Shown here in pieces: positions 7,351 through 15,555 of a DNA stretch of 64,000 nt. The notes beneath the pieces are model-generated. The model saw only the letters and a list, made by a program, of their open reading frames with translations. It searched no databases and was not told where the DNA came from. Each line of letters begins with the position of its first letter. Position 1 is the stretch's first letter. Made by a program: the position numbers and the translations under genes. Source of the stretch: an uncultured Azospirillaceae bacterium (lineage in GTDB: Bacteria > Pseudomonadota > Alphaproteobacteria > Rickettsiales > UBA3002); contig CAYGTO010000003.1 of assembly GCA_964352815.1 (NCBI GenBank), positions 69,015-133,014 of the forward strand. Reading direction: 5' to 3'.

Positions 7351-9909
7351 ATGGCATCGGCCAACACAGCAATTAAAGGGGGCGCCACCCTGTTAGGGCG
7401 GATCGATGGCGGCGTCAAAACCGTTGCTGAGAAGCTTCACCTCGAGCCGGCTGCCTTCAAAAATATGCTGACAACCACAGGCCTGGCTGCGCTCTGGCCT
7501 CTCGGCAGTTATTACACCGATAAGCTAGTCGATAGTCAGATGCAGGACTACTCCCCCGAGGCGCAATATGCGACTAAAGTGGCCGGTAGCGTGCTGTTTG
7601 CAGCTCCGGTGCTGTTCCGTCCCTTTGGGGATTTTAATGAGAGCTTGGTCGGCAAAGCATCGGAATATTTCGCTGAAGGCAAGGCAGGCCGCGCCGACTT
7701 CTTGATGACCGCCCTGACCCTCGCCATTGGTGGCGCAGGCATGTTCCTGAAAGACACTGCGCGCAAGAAACCCAATGTCCCCACCCCGACTGATTCGCAA
7801 AAAGCGAAACATGTAGGCATCGAAAAACCGCTTGAAAACAAAATGCAAGATGAGGAGAAAAAAGACAGCGCGCATGATTTTGAAACTTCCGCCGCCATGC
7901 TCGCTGCCATCTTCGCCATCGCCAAAGGTATTGAGGAAAGCATCAGTGAAAAAGGCGAAGCCGTGCTCGATGGGCTAAAAGGCCTCTTGCCCGCGGAGGA
8001 AGATATGTTTGAAGTGATTCATAAAGACAATTCACGAACAATGCAGCCCTATGATAAAATTCGCGAAGGCGACCGGGTCATCGTTCCCGAAGGACGCTAT
8101 GTGCCGGTGGATGGTAGCGTTATAAAATATGGTGAAGCCGAGAAAGGCATGGCCGAATTTATTACCCATGAAGCCATCACAGGCGATGCGGCTGGCCGGA
8201 AAACCGCCATTAATATTGCTGAGACCGCTGGCCGCGGTGAATCCATCGCCTCGCAAGGACTCAAGACCGTCAAACAAACCATCATCAGGGCCGAAAAAAC
8301 CGTAGAGGAATCGACCATCTCGGAAATGCTCGAATCCTTCCGTGAATTCAAAAAAGGGCCTACTGGTGGCAGTATTTCACGCACCGTATCCAACGTCTAC
8401 ATCCCGCTCTTGCTTGGTTGCGTCGCGCTACAATTCGGCTATGGCTATTTCAAAGACCGCACCAAACATGTCGGCCGCATTGAAGAAAAACGCGATGCAC
8501 TGCGCGAGACGATTGCTGACCCCGAGAGCGATAATCAAACCATTGCCAACCAATCGGCGGAGCTATGGCAATATACCGATGATCATGGCCGCGACCATTC
8601 GATGCGCCAGAGCCTGAAGCGCTCGGCAGAACTCGCGATCAAAATGGCACCGTGCGCGATTATGGCCTCCTTGCTCGTGCTGCCTTTTACCAAATTCCGC
8701 CTCGCGGCTGAAGATATTAATATCAAGGTGAAATCCGACAAGGCGCTTGAAGAGCTCGGCCAGATCGACAGCATCATCGCGGACATTAATGGCACGCTCA
8801 CCACCGGCCAGGATAAAATTAAGGCGTTTGAATTCTTTGATGGCGCCGGGAAGGCAGTGACCGAAACAGCAAACGGTCTGATAGAACGACTCCAAACCTC
8901 GATCGCCAAAGCGGAAGCTGGCAGCGAGCATCGCATCGGCCGCATCATCTCAGAATGGCTCGAAGGCGCGCTTGGCAGACAAGTGCTGCGCGATGGGAGT
9001 GAGACTGCCCACGAAATCGCGACGAATGGCATGCGCTACGTAGAAGCGGGCGTCGAAACCTTCATCGGTAATATCGAATATATGAACGGCAAAGGCATCG
9101 ATCTCCCCGCCATCGCGAAAGACGCTAGCCAAGGCAATCATATCTATTCCGTGCTACGCGAAGGTGAAGAGTTGATCGGTTCGGCGCGCATTGAACTCAC
9201 CGATAGTCAGTTCCGCAAAGGGACAATTGAAGCGACCGTCCATCACCTGCTTCAAGATGGCATCAAAGGCTTTCAGCCATTAACTGGCACGGCCGAAGCA
9301 CCCGCCAAAGAGATCATGAAACGCTTTACCGATCAGGTAAAAACCTACATGAAAGAGAAACAGCATTCCCAAGCCGAAATCGATACGGTCCTTGGAAAAA
9401 TCAAAGACGTGACCAGCGTGCAGGGCAGCAAAGGAAAAGCCGAAGCGCTGGAAACCATCCTCTCAAAGCAGGGCTATACGAAGCCGTTTTATATTGGCGA
9501 TTCATGGAATGACACCGAAGCCTTGAAAGTGATCGCTGATAAGAACGGTATCACCGGTGTGATCGACGAGACGGGTGTCGCTACGACCAAAGCACAGGCT
9601 GATTTTATCCTAAACGGCTTGAGCGATGTGCAGCATCTTACCCATATCGGCAAGGACCTTAAAATGGCGACCACCGCTATGGTCGGGGCGGCAGGCCTGT
9701 GGATGACCGGCCTGGTAGGGCACCACGCGCTGGCAGAAGCCAATGTGCTCGACCCAGAAAAACAACCCAGCACCGTTTGGTCATCGGTATTGCACGAAGC
9801 ACCGACGGCCTTGCTTGCACTCGCTTCTGCGCTCGGTGCTTACGGTATTGGCAGGAAATACGCACCCAAAATCGCTGAAGTTGCCTCCGCTGCCGCACGC
9901 GGCGCGTAA
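7351..9909 (+). CDS. divergent P1B-type (heavy-metal-like) P-type ATPase homologue with altered catalytic motifs
   Basis: About 8 hydrophobic segments with the P1B motif order. REGDRVIVPEGRYVPVDGSV...ITGDA (TGES-like), MAPCAIMAS (CPC-like), ADINGTLTTG (DKTGTLT-like), GSEHR (SEHP-like), PLTGTAEAPA (TGDN-like), IGDSWNDTEAL (GDGxNDxP-like). Confidence 0.7.
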   Translation: MASANTAIKGGATLLGRIDGGVKTVAEKLHLEPAAFKNMLTTTGLAALWPLGSYYTDKLVDSQMQDYSPEAQYATKVAGSVLFAAPVLFRPFGDFNESLVGKASEYFAEGKAGRADFLMTALTLAIGGAGMFLKDTARKKPNVPTPTDSQKAKHVGIEKPLENKMQDEEKKDSAHDFETSAAMLAAIFAIAKGIEESISEKGEAVLDGLKGLLPAEEDMFEVIHKDNSRTMQPYDKIREGDRVIVPEGRYVPVDGSVIKYGEAEKGMAEFITHEAITGDAAGRKTAINIAETAGRGESIASQGLKTVKQTIIRAEKTVEESTISEMLESFREFKKGPTGGSISRTVSNVYIPLLLGCVALQFGYGYFKDRTKHVGRIEEKRDALRETIADPESDNQTIANQSAELWQYTDDHGRDHSMRQSLKRSAELAIKMAPCAIMASLLVLPFTKFRLAAEDINIKVKSDKALEELGQIDSIIADINGTLTTGQDKIKAFEFFDGAGKAVTETANGLIERLQTSIAKAEAGSEHRIGRIISEWLEGALGRQVLRDGSETAHEIATNGMRYVEAGVETFIGNIEYMNGKGIDLPAIAKDASQGNHIYSVLREGEELIGSARIELTDSQFRKGTIEATVHHLLQDGIKGFQPLTGTAEAPAKEIMKRFTDQVKTYMKEKQHSQAEIDTVLGKIKDVTSVQGSKGKAEALETILSKQGYTKPFYIGDSWNDTEALKVIADKNGITGVIDETGVATTKAQADFILNGLSDVQHLTHIGKDLKMATTAMVGAAGLWMTGLVGHHALAEANVLDPEKQPSTVWSSVLHEAPTALLALASALGAYGIGRKYAPKIAEVASAAARGA

Positions 9910-9967
9910 TCATTGCACTGCACCACGCTTGCTGCTTGCGTTTACACGAAACTTTGTTACCCCTGTA

Positions 9968-10061
9968 TGTCATTTCGAGCGAGCACGCAGTGCGACGAGA
10001 AACCTCAATCAAGCAGATGAGATCCTCACGTCACTCGCTTTCGCTCATTCCTCAGGATGAC
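9968..10061. repeat. short-form palindromic element, copy E
   Basis: TGTCATTTCGAGCGAGC...GATCC...CGCTTTCGCTCATTCCTCAGGATGAC. The right terminus is identical to copies at 13228-13238 and 48463-48473. The terminal ATGAC contains the first in-frame ATG of the DASS gene. Confidence 0.7.
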
Positions 10062-11568
10062 GAAAACACACAGTATGGCACAAGAAGAATTACAAAAAAT
10101 CATCTCCGCGGAAGCCGAATCCGGCCATCACCCGCTCAAAACTTTCGGGCTGATTGGCGGCGGGACTCTCTTCGCGCTCATGCTCATGATGGACGCGCCC
10201 GACGGCCTCAGCCAAGAGGGCTGGCAGGTACTCGCCGTCGCCATTTTGATGGCGCTGTGGTGGATGACTGAAGCGATTCCTGTAGCCGTCACCGGCCTCG
10301 TGCCCATCGTCGCAATTCCCCTGCTCGGCCTCGGCTCGATCGCGGAATCCGGCCAGGGCTTCACCACCAAAGCAGTGTTCCTGCCGCTCGGCGGCTTCAT
10401 CCTCGGCATCGCCCTGCAGCGCTGGAACCTGCATGAGCGCATCGCCCTGCAAACGGTCCGGCTGGTCGGCACCTCGCCGCGCCGCGTCATTGCCGGCTTC
10501 ATGATCGCCACCGCCTTTCTCTCCATGTGGATCACCAACACCGCCACCACCGTGATGATGCTCCCCATCGCCTATTCGGTCGCGCTGCTGCTCATCAATG
10601 AGGGCAAGGGCGAGCACAAAGACAAGCGCGCCTTTGGGGTGTGCCTGATGATCGGCATCGCCTACGCCGCCAGCATGGGCGGGATGATGACGCTGGTCGG
10701 CACCTCCACCAACGTCATGTTCAAGGGCTTCATGGAGGCGGAACTCGGTATTGAGATTGGCTTTGCGCAATGGATGATGCTGGCTGCACCGATCGCGCTG
10801 ACCATGATGGCGTTGATTTGGTTTGGGCTATGTTACGTCATTTTCCCCTGCCGCCTCGACCCGCATGATGGGGTGGATACGCTGATTGAAACCAAGCTCA
10901 AGGCGCTCGGAAAAATGGGCGCGGGTGAATGGCGTACCCTCCTGCTCTTCGCGAGCACGGCCTCTCTGTGGATTTTCCGCAAACCGATCGATGCGATGAT
11001 CGATGGGGTGACACTCAACGACGCCTCGATCGCCATCGCCGCCGCCATCGCGCTGTTCCTGATTCCCTCGGGTGAGAAGAATGCGCCAGGCGAAAAACTG
11101 CTGAAATGGAGCGACACGAAAGAAGTGCCATGGGGGATTTTGCTACTCCTCGCCGGCGGGATTACGCTGGCCGGCTTTATGAGCGATACGGGCGTTGCGA
11201 GCTGGATGGGCGGAAAACTCGGCGTGCTGCAGGGCGTCCCATTCTGGGTGCTACTGCTGATCATTACCGGCGCGATTATTCTGCTGTCTGAGCTAATGAG
11301 CAATGTCGCTACTTTGACCGCCTTTCTGCCCGTCATCATCGGCATTTCCGTCGCGTTCGATCAAGACCCGCTGCTACTCGCCGTGCCTGCTGCGCTGTCG
11401 GCCACCTGCGCCTTCATGCTGCCCATCGCCACCCCGCCAAACGCGATCGTGTTTGGCAGCGGCTTACTCAATATCAAAGACATGGTCCGCGCCGGGGTGA
11501 TTTATAATGTGATTGCGCTGGTCGTGATTAACTTGCTGTGTGCAGTGCTCGTACCGATGGTGTATTAG
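10057..11568 (+). CDS. DASS-family (SLC13-type) anion:sodium symporter
   Basis: 503 aa and polytopic. Two hairpin-tip motifs, WITNTATTVMMLPI and MSNVATLTAFLPV, plus ATPPNAIVFGSG. The start is ambiguous: ATG 10057 lies inside the repeat terminus; the alternative is ATG 10075. Confidence 0.85.
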   Translation: MTKTHSMAQEELQKIISAEAESGHHPLKTFGLIGGGTLFALMLMMDAPDGLSQEGWQVLAVAILMALWWMTEAIPVAVTGLVPIVAIPLLGLGSIAESGQGFTTKAVFLPLGGFILGIALQRWNLHERIALQTVRLVGTSPRRVIAGFMIATAFLSMWITNTATTVMMLPIAYSVALLLINEGKGEHKDKRAFGVCLMIGIAYAASMGGMMTLVGTSTNVMFKGFMEAELGIEIGFAQWMMLAAPIALTMMALIWFGLCYVIFPCRLDPHDGVDTLIETKLKALGKMGAGEWRTLLLFASTASLWIFRKPIDAMIDGVTLNDASIAIAAAIALFLIPSGEKNAPGEKLLKWSDTKEVPWGILLLLAGGITLAGFMSDTGVASWMGGKLGVLQGVPFWVLLLIITGAIILLSELMSNVATLTAFLPVIIGISVAFDQDPLLLAVPAALSATCAFMLPIATPPNAIVFGSGLLNIKDMVRAGVIYNVIALVVINLLCAVLVPMVY

Positions 11569-11633
11569 TTTTGTGTTCGCTTTCGCTCCAGCCATCTGGC
11601 CTCGGTTCTCCTGCCCATAGGCAATCTATCACA

Positions 11634-11769
11634 TGTCATCCCCGCGAAAGCGGGGATCCACAATCATATATGTCAGCAGACATATATGATTTCATAAAAT
11701 GCCTACTTGCATTTTGTGAATGGATTGCCTGCACGCGCTCACTGCTGTTCGCTTGGCGTGGCAATGACA
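11634..11769 (+). repeat. long-form composite palindromic element, copy B
   Basis: TGTCATCCCCGC-GAAA-GCGGGGATCCA. A 12-bp hairpin at 11663-11690 (ATCATATATGTC-agca-GACATATATGAT). A 12-bp hairpin with one G-T pair at 11691-11720. Right module TGGATTGCCTGCACG...GCGTGGCAATGACA at 11721-11769. Confidence 0.85.
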
Positions 11770-13150
11770 TGCTTTGTAGGCCCGCCTCATGCACTTTCGT
11801 ACTCGGCGCAGCATTCATATTCGCCGGCGCTTGCTCGGCCGCCTTCATCATCCGATGCGCCGTAAGCTCCGCATACAGCTCGGCATAGGACGCTTCACCA
11901 AATTCAGGAATCTCGCGCATCGCATCAATAATCTCCGGCACATGTTCCTCGCGATGCCCTTGCGGCAACACATCCAGCGCCGCATCGATATGCGCGAAGA
12001 GTTCGCCGCGATCGATCTTTTTCTCTGAGAAAGGCGCCGCCGCTTTGCAGAGCAGGCCAAGCATAATGATCGCCGTACCGCCTACTTTGAATTTATTGGC
12101 GTTGATAAGTTTCTCATCACTCGCCGCGGTCGCTTCGTACAAATCTTTAAGACCACTATTCATGATAAACCCAGTAGCTGCGAATTCGGAAAGCCCCGAC
12201 ACCGGCATCGCCTGCCTGCGCACTGGGTCGATATATTTTTTCGCCACCTCTTTTCCAAACACATCGCGGATGGCATATTCCACCCAATCAAGCACCGCTG
12301 CCTGATCTGCCTCAGGCTGTTCATCTAATTGACGCTGGGGTTCGGTTTCTTTTCCTTTCCCTGCAAGCGTCACGATTTTTGCAAATTGCGATAATTTGCC
12401 CGCCCGTTGCAGCCAGACATCGCTTGAAGATTTAGACAAAATCATCTTACCGAAAAACTTAAGTAAATCGCTGGCAACGGTAGAATTTTTCTTCAATGAA
12501 TGATCAATCTGATCCAATGTTGATGATCCAATATTTTCTTCGACCTGCCTCTCTTGCGCGCTTATTGCATGGGTCCCTAGCGCCTCATTGATGCGCTGTT
12601 TGGTGAGATACAGCCCCGCTTCATCGCCACGCTTTTGAACACCGTAACCAAGATTGATCATATTTGCGGCAATGCTGGTTCCCGCTGAATACACCTCGAC
12701 ATAAGGGTCTTTTACTTTTACCAAGCTAAATAAATCGGCCTTTGCGGGTTTGTCAAAATTTAGGCCGCGCTTTAGGCCGGAATAAAATACCATCGCCTGA
12801 CCGATATTGCCCAGCACCCCCCGCACGCGCATCAGGTCAACACTTTCCGTCCAGCTTTTCTCCTTCACCACTTCGCGGTAGGCGTCCTTGCCGGCCATTT
12901 GGGTGAGGGAACGCGCGACGGCTTCGGCGGGCTGGGGCGAGCGCAAGACGAGCGTATGGGTGCCATCCTCATGATGGTGTTCGCCGAGGGTGTGATAAGT
13001 CGCGGCGCCTTGCTTAAGCTGATGATGCAAATCCTCCAGCGATTCGCAAGCGCGCGTCGTCAAGGCCAGCACACTGCCCTTGCCCAACATGGTGACATCG
13101 GCGCGTTGCACCAGATCACCCTTATGTTTCGCGTCGAATCGCTTAATCAT
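11636..13150 (-). CDS. hypothetical protein (orphan); last ~44 codons and stop lie inside repeat copy B
   Basis: 504-aa open frame with a GAGGA SD 7 nt upstream of ATG 13150. No recognisable domain. The C-terminal ...MSLPRQANSSERVQAIHSQ...GSPLSRG is the reverse-frame read of the repeat. Confidence 0.55.
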   Translation of the reverse strand: MIKRFDAKHKGDLVQRADVTMLGKGSVLALTTRACESLEDLHHQLKQGAATYHTLGEHHHEDGTHTLVLRSPQPAEAVARSLTQMAGKDAYREVVKEKSWTESVDLMRVRGVLGNIGQAMVFYSGLKRGLNFDKPAKADLFSLVKVKDPYVEVYSAGTSIAANMINLGYGVQKRGDEAGLYLTKQRINEALGTHAISAQERQVEENIGSSTLDQIDHSLKKNSTVASDLLKFFGKMILSKSSSDVWLQRAGKLSQFAKIVTLAGKGKETEPQRQLDEQPEADQAAVLDWVEYAIRDVFGKEVAKKYIDPVRRQAMPVSGLSEFAATGFIMNSGLKDLYEATAASDEKLINANKFKVGGTAIIMLGLLCKAAAPFSEKKIDRGELFAHIDAALDVLPQGHREEHVPEIIDAMREIPEFGEASYAELYAELTAHRMMKAAEQAPANMNAAPSTKVHEAGLQSMSLPRQANSSERVQAIHSQNASRHFMKSYMSADIYDCGSPLSRG

Positions 13151-13161
13151 TCCCTATCCTC

Positions 13162-13239
13162 GTCATCCTGAGAAGCGGAGCGACAAAGGATCTATAGTGC
13201 CTCACGCACAGTAGATCCTTCGCTTCGCTCAGGATGACA
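13162..13239. repeat. short-form palindromic element, copy F
   Basis: The outer 11-bp arms are GTCATCCTGAG / CTCAGGATGAC and the inner 9-bp arms are AAGGATCTA / TAGATCCTT. It lies 11 nt upstream of the orphan gene start. Confidence 0.85.
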
Positions 13240-13371
13240 CATTTCTCCAACATTTCATTCTACCATGTGTTTTTTGCATAGGTCAGCTGGTTATTTATGA
13301 AGTTTCTGTGACAATAGCTATATAAGCTATTGATAAGAATATGTTTTTCTATATCGAAGCACCCTTAACTC

Positions 13372-13513
13372 GTCACCCCGGCGAAGGCCGGGGTCTATGA
13401 TCTAACGCAATACCCCGATTTAGATCCTGGATTCCGGCGTTGGCTTCGCCGCCCTGCGGGTCGCCGGAATGACGACACACAATTCCAAGCTGACATTTCG
13501 CACGAGGATGACA
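13372..13513. repeat. nested/adjacent palindromic element remnants, cluster G
   Basis: GTCACCCCGGC-gaag-GCCGGGGTC left end. CTGGATTCCGGCG...CGCCGGAATGAC module ending at 13473. A further solo terminus CGAGGATGACA at 13503-13513, the same end as copy D. Confidence 0.6.
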
Positions 13514-13523
13514 TAATCGCGAT

Positions 13524-14777
13524 ATGATGCACCCCCTCCCCACCTGGCCGCCGGCGCTATGGCGCACACCCGAAGGCACTGCGATCGAGCGGACGCAGAC
13601 GATGCTCGCGCGGTTGAGCCATCCGGAAAAACAACTCAACTCACCTATCATTCTCGCCGGAACGAACGGTAAAGGATCGGTGCTATCGATGATTCGGGCG
13701 ATTTTGATAGGCGCAGCCTATCATGTGCATAGCTATACCACCCCGCATTTGCAGCGATTCAACGAACGGATTGTGCTGAATGGCACGCCGATTTCAGACG
13801 CATATCTCGAGGAGCTACTCACGCGATGCCGTCATGCGGCCGGCGAGTTGGAGCTCGAATTTTTTGAAGGCACCACCGCCCTGGCCCTGCTCGCTTTCGC
13901 GGAAAGCCAAGCTGACTATACGTTGCTTGAGGTGGGCTGTGGCGGGCGCGACGATGCGGTCAATGTCATTCCCGATCGTGCACTGAGCGTCATCACCACG
14001 ATTTCCTATGACCATATGGAAGTGCTAGGCCACCGCCTGCCGGATATTGCCAAACACAAACTCGGCATATTGCGTGAAGGCGTGCCCGCGGTAATCGGCT
14101 ACCAACCACCTGATTTACATGCGCTTATTATTGAGGCAGCCGAGGATGCTGGTGCCCCCATTTTCATGCATGGCATGCATTGGACCATCTCGCAGACGGG
14201 CGATGGCATGCGCTATGAAGATGCGGAAGGGGCGATCGACCTGCCCCTGCCTAACCTACTAGGAACCCACCAGATTTTGAATGCAGGCTGCGCGATTGCC
14301 GCTATCCGTCGCCTGCCGCCTGAGTCCCCCATCGCGGGCGAAACCATCGCGCAGGGCTTGCAGAATATTCACCACCCAGGCCGGCTCGAACGCATTGCGT
14401 GGGAGCATGAACAGACCCACCCGCTCTATTTCGATGGTGGGCATAATTTGGCCGCCGCGGTCGCGATTGCTGAGTCCTTGAAATGGCTTGAGAAAGAGCG
14501 CACCATCCTCATCTTTGGCACCACCCAGGGTAAGGATGTCAGCGCCATGCTCATGCCTTTTGCGGGTCAAATCGAAGCGGTTTACGGCGTGCAGCCGCAG
14601 AACGAACCGCTCGCCTGTTCGCTCTCTGAAATCGAAGAGGTCGCCGAAACGCATGGGCTAAACTATAGCGAAGCGGGCACTATTGAAACGGCGCTCGACG
14701 CCGCGCGCGCGCAACTGCCGGAAGCGAATCTGCTCATATTTGGCTCGCTGTTTATGCGGGGTGAAGTAACCTCATAA
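13524..14777 (+). CDS. folC: bifunctional folylpolyglutamate synthase / dihydrofolate synthase
   Basis: P-loop ILAGTNGKGSV ~50 aa from the start, ITTISYDHMEVLG, and the Mur-ligase-like C-terminal FDGGHN. Confidence 0.85.
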   Translation: MMHPLPTWPPALWRTPEGTAIERTQTMLARLSHPEKQLNSPIILAGTNGKGSVLSMIRAILIGAAYHVHSYTTPHLQRFNERIVLNGTPISDAYLEELLTRCRHAAGELELEFFEGTTALALLAFAESQADYTLLEVGCGGRDDAVNVIPDRALSVITTISYDHMEVLGHRLPDIAKHKLGILREGVPAVIGYQPPDLHALIIEAAEDAGAPIFMHGMHWTISQTGDGMRYEDAEGAIDLPLPNLLGTHQILNAGCAIAAIRRLPPESPIAGETIAQGLQNIHHPGRLERIAWEHEQTHPLYFDGGHNLAAAVAIAESLKWLEKERTILIFGTTQGKDVSAMLMPFAGQIEAVYGVQPQNEPLACSLSEIEEVAETHGLNYSEAGTIETALDAARAQLPEANLLIFGSLFMRGEVTS

Positions 14778-14778
14778 T

Positions 14779-14804
14779 GCACCCCCGTTGAACAACGGGG
14801 GTGC
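14779..14804. terminator. GC-rich hairpin between convergent folC and gst
   Basis: GCACCCCCGTT-gaac-AACGGGGGTGC is a perfect 11-bp stem beginning 2 nt after the folC stop. There is no clear U-tract on either strand, so intrinsic termination is not certain. Confidence 0.5.
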
Positions 14805-14880
14805 GTACTTACTCTGTGTACGCGAAGCCAGTAGGCGCAGCCCTCTAGTGAGCGCCGTAGCGCGAACGGGAGCGAACGTA
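14805..14880. repeat. possible second dispersed repeat family, copy 1
   Basis: Its reverse complement shares ordered blocks TCGCTCCCG, GGCTGCGCC-ACT, GGCTTCGC and ACGCAC-like with 55700-55798. Confidence 0.35.
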
Positions 14881-14885
14881 TAAGA

Positions 14886-15542
14886 CTAAGCCGCTACCTT
14901 ATAGCTGATACCTTCTGCTTCCATCGCCTGCTGATAGCTGTCCATCCCACTGACATTGCGCAGCAGCTTCTTGGTCGCATCGCCAAGAGTGATATCAATC
15001 TTGGCAAAGGCGTTCCAATTCGCAATCACGGTCACGAGAATATCGCCCACCGTCATGGCCTCGCCGCACAAATACTCGCCACTCTTCGAATTCAGCTCTT
15101 CCTCTATCATATCCCACAAGCCTTGAATCGCCTTCACCGCATCGGCTTCCAGCGCGTGCTTGCTGGCATCCTCAATATTCAGCTCGGAATATTTCCCGCG
15201 CAGGCCAAACAGTTTGCTGTAGGCCGGATGCAGGGTTGCGTTCGCGAACATCAGCCATTGCAGCGCTTTCGCACGCGCTTCGCCAGAGTTCGGCATAAGC
15301 GAGGATTCATGGGTATCACAGAGATAGGTCAGGATTGCCCCGCCCTCACGCATGAAGAAATCATGATCTTCATCGATCAATGTCGGCACATTGGCGCGCG
15401 GATTGATCGCGAGCAGCTCAGGGTTTTTGTCTTTGCCATTCTCCGCATAAATCGATTTCAGCTCAAACGCTTGGCCAAGCTCGTTCAATAAGACATGCAC
15501 CGCAAGCGAACAGGCGCCTTGTTTGTAGAATAAGGTATACAT
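14886..15542 (-). CDS. glutathione S-transferase (beta-class-like, Cys10)
   Basis: MYTLFYKQGACSLAVHVLLNE...AINPRANVPTL resembles the GstA N-terminus. I moved the start to ATG 15542, which has a strong AAGGAG SD. This removes the overlap with the permease gene. Confidence 0.85.
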   Translation of the reverse strand: MYTLFYKQGACSLAVHVLLNELGQAFELKSIYAENGKDKNPELLAINPRANVPTLIDEDHDFFMREGGAILTYLCDTHESSLMPNSGEARAKALQWLMFANATLHPAYSKLFGLRGKYSELNIEDASKHALEADAVKAIQGLWDMIEEELNSKSGEYLCGEAMTVGDILVTVIANWNAFAKIDITLGDATKKLLRNVSGMDSYQQAMEAEGISYKVAA

Positions 15543-15555
15543 AGATTCTCCTTCG

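Noticed and set aside
10090-10770. Long antisense ORFs inside transporter genes: 10090..10770 and 10128..10568 in the DASS gene, 15793..16704 in the APC permease, and 50877..51512 in gap.
   Set aside because: The translations are His/Arg/Gly/Asp-rich and have no motifs. They lie wholly within genes whose sense-strand products carry clear family signatures.
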